Source: Girardia tigrina
Taxonomy: Eukaryota
Length of the DNA stretch: 64,000 bases
Reading direction: 5' to 3'
Assembly: GCA_001938485.1 (NCBI GenBank)
Contig: MQRK01239584.1
Location: 1-64,000 of the forward strand
Shown: piece by piece, positions 42,701 to 57,500 of the stretch
Position numbering within the stretch: the first letter of the stretch is position 1
Layout: every line of letters begins with the position of its first letter
The notes under the pieces: model-generated
The model's input: only the letters and a program-made list of their open reading frames with translations
Database searches by the model: none
Told to the model about the DNA's origin: nothing
Translations under genes and position numbers: made by a program

Positions 42701-45700
42701 TGTCGATTGTCCCACTTAAGTTTGGGGGTTGTAGGATCGAAATTCAAGCAGCGATTTTTGCATGAAATTATCGAAGGATTTTCTGATTTGAGGAAATGAT
42801 CTTCAAATTTCAATTGAACAGAAATTAGCTTAAATTCTTTCACAGTAGTCATTTTACGTTATGATAATACAATTATTATGTATCAATTCAAAATTCCAAA
42901 ATATGTTGATTATTAAAACAACACTAAGTATCGAAACTTTATTTCAAATAAAAAAACTGTCAATTAATGTCGTAGCCCGGATAAACAAATGTCTTTTCTT
43001 TTTATTTTTTTAATGTAAGTCTGGATTTTTCCAGCTCAAAAAATTTCTAGGATCGCAAATCCAATTAAGGCATTTTAAATAATTATAAAATCAAAAATTA
43101 AACTAAGTATAACCTAGAAAAACTCTTAATTGCTTGCTGCTGCTGATAAGATTTAGTGAATACTACACAGTCGAATATCATAAATGTAGTCCTAATCAAT
43201 TTCTAAATATAAATATTTTTCCAGGATCAAATTGAAGTCACATGGATCGCTAAAATTATAAGTAAAACTATGTGATACTCCAGTCGCTTTTGCGATGTTA
43301 CATGATAAAAGCAAGAAATAAGACTGGAGAATTTGATTTGTAGCTTTATTTTAATGACTAAAACAATTTGTACATTAATCGATTTGCATATGATAAATAT
43401 GTGTCAGGGTGAGTCAAACGTTATTCATATTTTTATGAAACTTATATTTATTACACTGTTTTATAACGTTATTCATATTTTTATGAAACTTATATTTATT
43501 ACACTGTTTTATATTATTCCACGAAACTCCTCTTTTTTCACCACTGATGGTAAACCTGAAAGTTCCTGATCTTTAAGACTGGTATCTCCTGATTAAAACG
43601 ATTAAATCACCACTGAGCTGTATTTTCCTTGAGCACACCATTGCCGTCCACGTTGTAGATTTCTCAATACCCAGCTGCTACTGTTAAGCGTTCTTTTCCA
43701 ATAATGTCGTAATACGACACAAATTACTGATTTTTCTTCAATCATTCTAAATGTTGAAAAAAGAGGAATGAAGTTTAAAGATTTAACTTTTGGAGAGTAG
43801 TTTGATTCACCCTTTTGTGGACTTTAAAATGATATCAATGTTGCATATAAATGTTAGACTTAAATGATCTGGTAAAACAAAAACTTTAATTCACTAAAAA
43901 ACATGAATAACTTTTGATTTAATTTTATATGTTGATGGCCACTACACTTTAATTAGCATATCAACCTAAACAAAATTTTCTAAATTATTTGGTTAAGTTT
44001 TAAGGTATAATTCCTTAAAACTTAATTATTTTATTTCATTTTCGTAAATGCTTCGACAATTTGCCAAATCATCAAAAATAGTCGACAAAACCCTCAATTT
44101 TTTAACAACGTGACAATAAATATTTATTACTTATATAAATTTTTAATTTTTTAGTCCTCATCAATAGAATGTGAAAACTTGAAAATTAAAACCTATTTTT
44201 TAAACAAAATAATTATTCAAATTTAAATTTCAGAAGGATTTTGAAAATATCAATTATTTTTTAAAACTAAATTTTTTCTTAAGAGAATCAAAGAAAGTTT
44301 TATTATAATTTATATTTACCATAGTCACTTTTAAATTTACGGTACCCCGACAAATACTCAGATGACAAATGTGCGCACTGACAAATGCGCTAAAATAACA
44401 TTAATAAAATTTAGTGCAATTAACATTTTTGTATATAATTTTAAGTTTTCGTCGTTACGCTGTTTACACATACTTGATTTGATTTTTTCAGATTCATGCT
44501 TAGAATTTTTGTTGCATGTCTGTTGCATGAAAATGATCAGTAATATTCACTACTGTGCCATTAGTTTCCTTCCTCAGTCTTCCGATCCACTTTTGTCTGA
44601 TAAATGTCCATGAAAGTGATTCATCTTTTTTTCGCTTTTCATAATGATATCTGTGCCATTTGTAAAGCATTGGATCCTTTCCTTTCTCTGTCTTTATGAT
44701 ATTCATAATATTCAAAGTTAATTTGTTTGGTTTTAGTTAGTTAAAACAAATTTATTTTTCTATCTATAAATTTATACATTTTCAAAAGTTATATTTACAA
44801 AAATATTTTTATAAATATCGAATTAATAATACAAAATCAACATATTTTCAAAAACATTTTGTAGAAACAGATATTTGTGTGAGCCTAAGAATATCTGTTT
44901 CTACTAACAAAAAATTTATAAAAACTAATAACGTCGAACCGTTAATAAACCGTCAAAATAAATCCAAGCAATGAAAGAACAACAAAAAATAAATCACCTT
45001 GAAAAATAATAAATTTATTCACAATGACAAAAGTCCAGGAAATAACAGTTAATGTCCTTTAACATATAACGGTAAGTAATTATTATTTTTGATCTTGGTC
45101 AATTTCTGTATTGAATTTTTTTTTAATTTTATAATGCAATACATTTATTTTATAATGTAATAATGATAATAAGCACAAAACTCCAAGATTAAACAATTCC
45201 GAATGTGATTTTATTTGAATTCTTTTCTTCTTTTTAATTTTCTTTTTGAGTCATTTTATAAGACGAAATCGATAACGAAGACTGAAATACATTGTNNNNN
45301 NNNNNNNNNNNNNNNNNNNNNNNNNNNNNNNNNNNNNNNNNNNNNNNNNNNNNNNNNNNNNNNNNNNNNNNNNNNNNNNNNNNNNNNNNNNNNNNNNNNN
45401 NNNNNNNNNNNNNNNNNNNNNNNNNNNNNNNNNNNNNNNNNNNNNNNNNNNNNNNNNNNNNNNNNNNNNNNNNNNNNNNNNNNNNNNNNNNNNNNNNAAT
45501 TCATACAAGACATAAAGGGATCAAAACATTACGCATACATGTACATCAATAAGTAGCGTTCCGAACCCACCAATCACACACTACGGCTAACACGAGAATA
45601 ATAAATGACAAACGTTCTCTTTGGATAATCAGAACATTGTAGGGATTTTACACATTTATTAAATGTATTTAAGCACATTAATCGGGCCACGTAAATTTTG

Positions 45701-48700
45701 TTCAAAAATTTTCACATTCTTAAACCAAACATCTTCAAATAGAGAGTTTTTTCCTTTTAAATTATTTTAAAACTATTAAATAAAAACTGTCGTAAAAATC
45801 TGCGTATTTTTCAAACTACAGAATTTTAAATTGTTGTTACTTTGACCAAAACGATTAAATCAAAATATCATAATTCTTTAATAATTATATTTTTTATAAA
45901 AAACTAAGTCTTTTGGATATCGTAACTTATAAATTTTAACATTTTCTAATTAAAGGTACATCATTCTTTATTAATAATTCAGACTCTTGAAGACAAGAAT
46001 CTTCAACATCGCCATATGTTGAAATTAATTCTGGAAATAATGGATAAAGTGTTTACCATAATTTTTACAATAGAAATGCTTCTAAAATGGTTCGCCTTTG
46101 GACTAAATAAATACTTCAAGGATGCATGGTGCTGGCTTGATTTTATTATTGTGACGGTACGTTTTTGTAGTTTTTTTACTCGTTTTTCATGTAACATTAT
46201 GAATGATGAGGAGTAATACTTATTTAAATCTCAACTACTTTGAAAATTTATTATTTAAAATCATTATAAAGTAATTTTTAAATCTTGTTGAATTTAAAGA
46301 AAACCTTTCCTTCGAAATATAAAAAAATCTTTAAACACTAATTTATATGTAGTACATTTGTCCACAACCAGCCGTAAAACTCATTTTATTCTGAGGACGT
46401 ATAAAAGCTGTCTTTAATTGCTTGAAATATTCATAAAATTAGAGTGCCTTTAGTTTTATTAAAGAAGTAGTTATTGGACATTTTTTTACTCAAATCTTGA
46501 TCCAAATTATGAGAGCTCTTTCGGTCTCTTCTAATAAATTGTTTCTCGAGTATGAAAATAGTCTTGAATTTGACTGAGTCCCAGCAATAAAAGATTTTTT
46601 ATTGTAACTTCTTTACTTTTGATCGTTCTTATCGTTGATTCACCTAAGTTAATTTTTTAACGACGCTTGCTGATTCTCCTTCTTTTGGTAAGCAATCTAA
46701 AATTTCAATTTTCAATTCCAACTTAATCGCCTTTCGTGGTTTTTTATTTTTGTTCATTATGGTTAATTATTTTCTAAATAATATTTCTTCAAAACAAATT
46801 AAAACTTTATTTAGCTATGTTTAAATTTTTGAAAAAGATATCCGCATAACTTCAAAATCGCAAAAAAACAGGACTAAGTGTATACTATTGTTTCAATTAC
46901 TATAAATTACATACTTAAAATTACACCTATAGAGATACATTTTATTCACAAAAAAGCGTTTAGCATTAGTATGTTCATAACGCAGCCAGAACAGTTATTT
47001 CGGCTGCCCCTGAGTTGCACCTGAGTTGCAATAGTCCTGGTGCTGGGCTCACTTTAGATTGACTTTAGATTTTGTGATATTCGGCCAATTTTGAATCCAA
47101 TTGTCTCACATAAAAAATTCATCTCAAAATTTATTTTCAATCAGCAATAAATAATTCTTTTTACATTTCACAACTCAAATTTCAATCGGTCAGAAACAGA
47201 TTTTAAATCGGCGAAAAACAAATTTCAATCGGTCAAACAATTTTTATAATCAGTGAAAATCTAATATCAAAATCGGTATATTGGTTTCGACAACACAAAA
47301 ATAGAATGCATCAAAACGCGGTTGATTTTTGGATGCAATGGAGAAAATTTACTAAATTCAATCCGTTTGCTCAGATACCGAATTCCTCAACTACTCCTGA
47401 TGATGCTAAAGACAATCAACTTGCGATACCGAATTTTGATAACAGCGATGGTGTTGATCTAGGATTCATGCGGTCACCAGAGCCGCCTATCACCTCACGA
47501 GTTAATAAGATCCTTGCTGTCGATTCGGGCCTACGGGACGCTGAGCAAGAACATCTCATTCCTGAGGACGATGAGGAGATATTCGCGGTTGATATTGACA
47601 GACAGGTCTACGAGCTAATCAACTGAAAAATGATCCACTATGTTTGCTGCTTTTGTATGGTTGCGATCAGAAGATTCTATATAACACTCGTATTTTATTA
47701 TGTATATCACAATCATGGAAAATAATATAAGCAAATAATAAAAATCCCAATCATCAATAAAAATTTTTTGTCAAATCGCCAAAAAATTCACTTTAAATTT
47801 CATTTTAACAATTCACAACCAACAAATCAACCAAAATCGAATTCGAGTCAATATAAATAATAAAATTATTGATTCATTATTTTTCAATAAAACTCGCTCT
47901 GATTGGCTAGCCAACAGAACGAGCCTAATCAAAACATTATCAAAGGCCCGAATGCTCCGCAAATTGGTAACACATCAAATGTAAGATAACTCGGCAATCA
48001 ACCTGAACAAAGAAGTCTTTATTCGGGTTTTGAATTTTTATCAACTTTTTAATTTAGATAATTTTTTTAATAATCTTTTTGTTTTTTAATTTAATAATAA
48101 TAAATTTTTTAATTAATCAAATATTGTTATAAAGTCGTGACCATAATTCACCAGCCACCCCTAAAAATACGTACGATCGAAAGCCTCCTTCAACCAGATG
48201 TCGACGAATGGTTCGTGCGCTAGGCAATTTATTAATGTTAGCTGGAAGATCAGCTTGTATTGCGCAGGAACCAGCTAATAGACTGGTCTTGCAGGATCTC
48301 AAAATGGCTCGATCTGTCACCTTGCTTGTGATACGCGGCCTTCCACTGCGTTTCGTATAGGCAAAGGCGCTGGTGGCTTGATGAAGGCGGAGAGTGTCGG
48401 CTACTGCAGCGTGGCTAATATTGAATCGCAGGGCAATTGCACGGTTCGAGACTCCAGTGTCGTGTAAAGCGAAGGTTTTTTTCCTCAGAGTGGGTAAAAG
48501 TTGGTTGCCAGTCATGTCTGAATAGTCACAAATACTTGACACAAATACTTTTATATATCATAATAGCATAGTGGGTATACCACTAAAGCTGTATTCTTAT
48601 TGGATGTTGGTTAAGAACATTATTTACATGCACTTACACACACACGCACGTAGATATTAATTTTCTTTAAAATGCAAGGGTGGCCGATGAATTATGGCCA

Positions 48701-51700
48701 CGACTGTATATTGTATAAGTAATTATAAATTAAAGCACACATGTATAATTGAGTAATTGTCATTCAAATTTCCAAAGATTCTTATAATGAGAACTAGTGA
48801 TAACAATTAGACTTTGACCTCGAATGATGTTGAAATAAAAATTATAATACTAAAAAAATTATAGTAAAAATGCTTTGAAATTCCAAAGCAACTGGCGTAA
48901 ATTTACTACATTTTTATCAAGAAGCGAAATGTTCTTTCCAATAACAAGTTTCATTCAACACTGATCGAACATCTACAAATGAATTTAACACTAATGACCC
49001 CAACAATAAAAGCAATTAAGTCAAGCAGTTCATTGCCAATGGATCAATTTAGGTAATTAAAATTTTGTCCTACATCCAAAAGTTTAATAATACTGATTAT
49101 TTTTGGGACATCATTTAAACGCAATAAAACCATGAGCAGTTCAGAACGTAAAAGATTTGGTGATTGATAAATTTGCCAAATTAGAACACTCAATCATCGA
49201 TAAAAAATAATTAACTATATAAAATGAAAATAAATAACTATAATTAAATGAGGTTGTCGGAGAGCCACCTGTACATTGCCATGATTCCTGTTTACAAAAG
49301 ACAAAAGCAGACAATGTTATTAGAAGGATAAAATAAAATATGAAATTGGTTTGAGTTTCTCACAGGTATGTGATCAGGACAATATTGAATAAATTGAACA
49401 ATGATGAAATACACATGTTCCAAAAGAATCATGATTTAAATGACACTTAGAAGACATTAAAATTGAGTTTCCTTTGCGAAGCTAAGGACATTTCATTTTA
49501 ATAAACCTGACAAAACATTCTCGGTTAATTTTCTTTCATTCCATTGTTGACGTTAGAGACGGATTAGGTGTCTTTGAAAAAATATTTGAATTATAAACGG
49601 ATGTCATATCTCGTGATGGGACATTTGATAAAGTCCAGGAGGACAGTTTTATCAGTTCTATGTTTGGAATGCAAAAGTAGATGATTCTTACAACAATGTA
49701 CTATTTGTCACAGCAGCGAAAAAAATATAGAAACTTATATTAAAATTTGCATCTCGCCAGAATAATTTATTATTTTTTGATTTAAAAGGTAAAATATTTT
49801 AATGTTAATAAATTTTGGTTTTAAAAAAATGAATTCGGATATTGATGTTGCAACCACTTCTCACATGGCGACTAACGCTGCAATATCTTCACGGGTCAAC
49901 TGTTACCTGAAAAGTACAGGATAGGCGATAATGTGGAGACATTTATTAAAGAATGTGAAATATTCTTTAATTTTGCAAGAATAGCGAAGGCCAAACAAGA
50001 GACAATAGTCATTTGTTTGTTGGAGAGAGATCTGAAAGATAGATACAAAGCGGTAGATAAGACAATAGTAGGTTATAAAGACCGATTGAGAAAGGCATTC
50101 TCTCGAACTTCCTCACTATTCGAAGACCTGACTGAGGCATGCCGGTACAGGATGAAGGAAGATTTACCGGAAGTATTTTTTGAGAAACTAGAAAAGCTCG
50201 CAGCCAAGATTTTGAAACATGACTTGTCAAAAGAGGCCCTCACGGAAGCATTATTGTTACATTGTTGTGATGATGTGGACATAAAAAAAGAAGTGAGACT
50301 TAACAAAGTGAAAGGAATAGATGAGATAAAAGAAAAGATGAAGGCAGTTCATGGCGTCAAAAGTGGTGACAGAAGACGTGGATATAGTAAGAGACCAGGA
50401 GATGCAAAACAGACCCCGGAGTTACAGAGAAGCAGTAACAGAAGACAGTAAATACGGACAAAATCAGACAGGGGTTGGTAGAAATACTACAGAATACGCT
50501 CAAGGCATGAAAGCGGTCAAATAAAGAAATTGTAAAAAAGTAGGTCACACAAGTGAAACGTGTAGACAAAGAAAACCAATCAAGTGTATCAGATGTGGAA
50601 AAGAAGAACACATAATAAGAGACTGTTCGGAAAGGAGACCAATAAAATGTTATGGTTGTGGACAACAGGGACACGTAAGAAGAAACTGTCCAAACATCGA
50701 ATGCAAAAGGTGTCAAGATAAAGGTCACAGTTAAAGTGAATGTTATACAAACCTAAATGGCAGAAGAAGACAGCAGAATACAAGTGACAATAAAAATCGA
50801 GAATCGGGACACAATGAACCAAGATATCGAGATAGAGAAGACAGAAGACGCGGAGATAATCGAAGATTCGTGAATAACATTGAAGAAGAATATGAAGAAT
50901 CGGTTACAGAAAGTGAACACCCAAAAGGCAACGCCTCGACAGAAGTGGAGCCAGTCGGGGCAATAAATTAAAAGATACCTGCGACTCCCAAAGTATTGGT
51001 ATTTATAGTATATATAATAGGAGGAATAGAACTGCAGATGGCGTTTGGAATCGAGTTACATTGGAAAAAGAAAGAAAATGATGTGAACGAACAATTTTAT
51101 CAAGTATGTAACTTAGAAGCAAAATTTGGACGTAAGGTTACAAATGAGGAAAGATTCAATAGAGCCATGGAAATTATGAAAATTGCAGATAAACCAATGA
51201 TTGTAAATATTGTTAAAAAACATCAAGGAGTTTTTATGGCGGATAAATGGGATATCGGATGTACGACGATGATTAAACATAGAATAGACACGAAAAGACC
51301 TCCAATTAATCTTAGAACACATAGGTAACCAGTTAATCTGGAAGAAAAGATCAATGAGACTATTAAGATTTTGTGGGGAAACAACATTATTAAGAAATGT
51401 AATTCACCATTGAATACACCGATGATTTGTGTATGGAAGAAAGAAAAGAATGATGTTAGAATTTGCTTGGATTTTAGACAGCTAAACCTAGTCACGGAGA
51501 GACAGGTATTTCCTATGCCAAATATGATAGAAATGATGGACAGATTGTATGGAACCAGATATTTCATATCAATCGATATAAGTAATGCATACTACCAGGT
51601 CTAACTAGTGGAAGATTCAAAGCTAAAAACAGCATTTTCCACAAAGCTAGGATTTTTTGTTTAAATAGAATGCCGTTTGGTATAGCAGCGGCACCGGGAA

Positions 51701-54457
51701 CGTTTCAGAAACTTATGACAAAGGTGCTCGGAGGCATAGAACAGACAGTGGTATATTTATATGACATTCTTATATTTTTAAAATTGTTGGAACAACATTA
51801 CGAAACTTTGGATCAAGTATTGGACCAAATCGGGAAAGCAGGCTTAAGAATTAATCCGGAGAAGTGCCATATCTTAAAAACAGAAGTTAAATTTTTGGGA
51901 CATGTAATTAATGATAAAGGTATACAGACGGACCCATCTAAATTAGAAGCCATAAAGACATATGAAAAATCAAAATGTGTAAAGAATCTAAGAAGTTTCC
52001 TTGGAATTTGCAATTATTACAGACGATTTATTAAGGACTATGCCACAAAGGCCAATACATTGGAAAAACTGTGTGGATTGAACAAGAAGAAATTGTTATG
52101 GACAGACGCATGTAATGTAGTATTTGCAGAGATGAAAGAGGCTTTAACAACGCCACCGATTCTAGGATTCCCAGACTTCAAGAAAGAATTTATACTGGAC
52201 ACTGATGCCAGTTTCGACAAGATTGGAGCAGTATTATCCCAAAGAGACAAGAACGGACGTGAGAGAGTTATTGCATATGGTTCACACTCTATGAATAATC
52301 ATGAAAAAGGATACTGTATTACTAAGAAACGGCTGTTGGCAATACATTACTTCTGTCAGCATTTTAATCATTATTTTTATGGGAAGCGATTCACTTTGAG
52401 AACGGATCACAAGGCAATTATGTTTATGGTTAAAACAAAAGAACCGATAACGGCGCAATTTCAGACATGGATAAATTATTTATCAAGCCTGGACATACAC
52501 TTAGAATACAGAATAGGAACAGATCATTCCAACGCGGATATGTTTTCTCGGAATACATGTGATACATGTACGCAATGCTTGATGGCTCATGAAGATGCTA
52601 AAATGATGAAGATAAAGACTCGAAGAATCAATGTACTGGACACATCGCAGATATTCAAATATCAACAAGAAAAAATAGAAGAAATTAAAAGAGACCCAAG
52701 TTCAGGTAAAGACAGAAAGCTTACGATTGAAGACGGCATAATAAGAACAAAAATGGGGAAGATTTGGATACCAAAGTCTAAAAGAAAAGAAATGATCATA
52801 CAAATACATACGCTATTGTCGCAAGCGTGCGCAGAGAAAATAACGAAATACATCTCAGAAAATTATGACATGATAAATCGAAATGAAATAATAAAAGAAG
52901 TAATTGGACAATGTGAAGCATGCCAAAAAAGTAAAACATTAATGACCGCTATGAAGGAAAGACGGGTGACATTGGTCGCAAATGAACCGTTTGAGAAAGT
53001 GTACATAGACATATGCGGACCACTAAAGGAGACTTGGAGAAGAAAAAAGTATATTGTTGCAATAATAGATCAGTTTAGTAGATACATATCTTTGACAGCC
53101 ATTACCAAGCAGGCTGAAATAACCATAAAAGACACCATAATGACCAAATGGATCTTGAGATTTGGAGCACCGAAGGAAATACATACAGATTGTGGCAAGA
53201 CATTCGAATCGAAGATAATCAAAGACATGGCAGAATCAATGAATATAAAAATTTGTTACTCGAGTCCGTACCATCATAACGCGAATGGAATAGTAGAAAG
53301 ACAATTTCGGACGATTAGAGAATATTTAAACGCATCGTTATATACAAAGAAAGGATCAGACTGGGAGGAACTACTACCGGAAATAGAATTCACATTAAAC
53401 ACAACTTTTCAGAAAACAATAGGGAAGAGCCCAGCAGAAATTATATTCGGTAAGAAAATATACAGAGAAGAATGGCATAGTCAAGATATAAAGTTACAGC
53501 AAGAAAAGGAAGACACAACAACCAAAAGAAATTTTGAAATCGGAGATGAAGTACTAGTCAAGGTTGAAACGGGAATAAAGAGTAAAGATAAATATGAAGG
53601 ACCGTATAAAGTGGTAGAGAAAACACACGATAGAAGGTATAAACTAATAAATGAAGATATAAGAATTTTAGATCGAAACGTGGAAAAATTGAGAAAATTC
53701 TTAAAGAAGGGGGATATGAGGGGTTAATTTAAATTTGTATCTCTCCAGAATAATTTATTATTTTTTTAATTTAAAAGGTAAAATATTTTAATGTTAGTAT
53801 GCTTGGTAAATATTTTAAAATTAAAAATGATATAATAAAACAACTATTAAAAAATCAAATACGTATTTAAAAATAAAATATGTTTTTAATGTGTTTTTTA
53901 AATATTTTAAAAATTAAAAATGATATAATAAAAGAGAATCATAAAAAAATTAAATATATATTTAAAAGTAAAAAATATCTTTTTAATGTATCTATTAAAT
54001 TTCTTAAAATTAAAAATGATAAGAAAACCATTAAATAATAAATATTTATTTATATATAAAAATTTTTACAGTCATAGCAATTTATATATTTTAATAGAAG
54101 TATGAAACAATTTGAAATAAATGTTAAAATAAATTTTTAGTTTTAATGTGAAAATTATTTTAGTAAATTTTCAAGATTTTGAATAAATTTTAAAATAAAT
54201 TTTTAGTTTATAATGTGAAAATTATTTTAAAAATTTGCAAGATTTAAAAAATTGAAACGAAAAGAATTTAATAGATTAATTTGTGGCGAGATATTTAAAT
54301 TAACAGAAAAATTTGTTTCAATATGTGAATTGTTGTTATAATAATAAATTTTGGTGTTAAAAAAATGAATTCTGATATTGATGTTGCAACCACTTCTCAC
54401 ACGTAATAAATAAAAACATTCTTACAACTTAAAGTAGTGTTTTTGAAATTTAAAATT

Positions 54458-54527
<70 letters not shown>

Positions 54528-57500
54528 GAAATAATTATAGAAACTAAATAAAAATATATAAAAATTAAATTAAATTAAAAATAAGTAGTAATATGAAATT
54601 ATTGAAAAAAATTATATGAAACTAAGGATGAGGTGGGCCACCGCCATGATCAAATTTCCCGGGCCGGTTTTTTAAGCCGGTCCGACCCTGCCGGTCAATA
54701 TAACCCACTGATGTCAAATGCGGTGATGACAAATCTTATCGACACAGTCACGGCAGATATATCAGTAGCCGGTTAATAACATTAATCTGCAACAGAAGTC
54801 AAAGAGGCTCTATAAAGCGACCATATCTTTGAGCATTCAATGTATATCCCAGGATATCTTTATGTATTTCAACATTAAATTTTGTCAGAATTGGCCCATT
54901 ATGAAATTTGCAAAAAATTTTTTTTCTCCAAAATTTGCACACTTACTCATTCTCGATGACAATAAATGATAATGAAAAAATTTGATCGAAAAAAACTTTT
55001 TAAGGTCCCAAAATGGGAAAATAATGGAAAATTCGGAGTACCTGAAAAATATTAATTGAAAGATATCTACTTATAAATTATAAGTAGTTTATATTAATTT
55101 TTATTGTTTTTTTACTTAAAATGTGTTTTAATTTTAAAATCTTTGTTGACAAAGTAGAGTTCTGTCTGCATAAAGAATGGATATAAAAAATTTAATTTTT
55201 TGATTTACTAACGGATAACATCAAATAGTAGGTGGACATGAAATAGTAGGTGTAATGAAGTTTTCAAAAAATTTTCCACCTACTATTAAAATAGTAGGTG
55301 GAATCAAATAGTAGNNNNNNNNNNNNNNNNNNNNNNNNNNNNNNNNNNNNNNNNNNNNNNNNNNNNNNNNNNNNNNNNNNNNNNNNNNNNNNNNNNNNNN
55401 NNNNNNNNNNNNNNNNNNNNNNNNNNNNNNNNNNNNNNNNNNNNNNNNNNNNNNNNNNNNNNNNNNNNNNNNTTCAAGTTTAAAACAAGTTCAAAACAAA
55501 AGCACCAAATAGTAGGTGTAAACCAATATTGGGCGGCTTTTCAATTTTTTTTCCACCTACTATTAAAATAGTAGGTGTCCTACTATTTCATATTATCCGT
55601 TAGTTGTATATTTATGTTGTAAAAAATTATTTTTATGTATCTAACATTAAGACTTAAAATTACCAAAAATTTTTGGTTGTAAAGGGATTTCAGAAATAAG
55701 GGACTCATAAATTTTATATAATTAATTCATTTTATATACTAAAATTTTTTTAATGTAATAATATTATATTTTCACTTTAGATAAATTTTATATATTATTT
55801 GATATTTAAATCTGAAAACAAAAATAAAAAATAACAGAGGAATAATTTCATTAAATTCATTATTGATTTTCGAATACAAATTTCAAATTGTCCCAATTCT
55901 AAAAATACAAAGAGTTCAGAAATCTTTGATTCAAAAATTATTATAAAATTAAACAATTATAAAAATAAATTATAGAAAATTACATTAAAATGTATTTTGT
56001 CCTCCAGATTGCTCTGGTGAGTTTAGTTTTATCTTACATTGGAACGTCTGCTGGTGGGATGGGAGCATTTAAAGCTATGCGTACCCTGAGAGCTCTAAGA
56101 CCTTTGAGAGCAGTTTCCAGATGGGAAGGCATGAGAATTGTTGTTAACGCCTTAATTCAAGCAATACCATCAATATTTAACGTGCTTCTTGTATGCCTTG
56201 TGTTTTGGTTGATTTTTAGTATTATTGGAATGCAAATGTTCGGGGGAAAGTTCTATAAATGTGTGGATAATGAAACTCTGACACCAATTCATGCATCAAT
56301 AGTACCAAATAAAAGCGTTTGCATGGAAATGCAAAAGTTATATGGAAATGTTACATGGAAAAATTCAGATTTAAATTTTGATAATGTACTCAACGGTTAT
56401 TTGTGCCTCTTCCAAGTGGTAAGTGTTTTTTTATAATTATAAATTCATAAGATTTAATTTTAAAAATAAATAAAATAAAATAAAAATATTTTTTTTAAAA
56501 ATTAATGATTAAATCAAATGGTAATTTAGTAATTAAACTCAAATAACACCATTTCAATTTTAATTTTTTATTAGAAAACATATTTCGTCACTTTTGTGGC
56601 ATCTTCAGTTCTGTATTTAATTAAAAAGTTATTGTTTATATAGAAAGCTGACCATTACGTCACAGTGTGTTACGTCAAAATACTCTAATATGATTGGACG
56701 AATCACTTTGGACATTTAGACTAGGTTTACAAAACTTTATCAAGAGGGCTTCAGTAATTGTCCTTTCATAATTATGATCAAAGTTTTTAAAAATGTTTTT
56801 TTAAAATGTTTGTTTTTCAACTTTTAACTACAAAATCATAAGGTTGACCTTTTCAAAAGTTGACTAAAATATTTTCAAAATTCATCAAATTACTTTTACG
56901 AAAGAACGGTTCTATGAACCACGCAACCATATCACCTACCGGCCTGTTACTGCAAGCCACCATTCGTTTAATAGTCCTGAGGCCGCTTTCCACAATTCCA
57001 TTTTCGCTCGGACGGTTGACGCATCTGAAATGAGGTTCGATACCCACTCGTTCTAGCAATCTCGACACGCCCTACCCCCTGAAAGTACAATAGTTATCGA
57101 GAATTACTTCCTCTAGTTGACCGAATTCGTTCCAGACTCTGTTCATTGCAACCGCGGGATTTCTCGCCAACGTCAACCAGATTCATTTCAATGTTGCACC
57201 ACCTGGTAAGCCCACAAAGATTGGTTGACCTTGATTTGTAGATAAACTCACCGCAGATCCACAATGACCAGGTTTCGTACCATTTGGAGCAATTTTTTCA
57301 ACTTTTCAGCGCACACCAAGCTCTCAGCCGTATAACTTGATATTGACTCTTTGAGCTCCCGGTAGTCAAGGTCTAGTCAAACCTTCGCTTTTGCTTCGTG
57401 AAACACTGCCATAAGGGGCAGTGTCGGCTGCCAGTGTCTTTCACATTACACAATCCATCCTTTCGCTTTCCAGTTTTCGAGTTCGGCATCGACTTCTAAT

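Larger units (their letters stand above)
40049..43185 (+). mobile_element. Internally deleted Ty3/Gypsy element with both LTRs interrupted
   Basis: 5' LTR AGTTATGG..CATAACT at 40049-40707 (insert 40120-40650); PBS TGGTGACCAC; RNase H/integrase remnants; PPT AGAGGGGGA; 3' LTR 42227-43185 (insert 42335-43167). Confidence 0.85.

Noticed and set aside
43415-43515. About 48-bp tandem duplication within a CAGGGTGA-ended relic
   Set aside because: Ordinary local duplication in a decayed Tc1/mariner derivative
44861-44904. 15-bp perfect hairpin as a pre-miRNA
   Set aside because: Stem too short, and it lies beside MULE debris
51670-53727. Active or domesticated pol gene
   Set aside because: YLDD is mutated to YLYD, there are upstream stops and frameshifts, no protease is visible and the integrase HHCC is damaged
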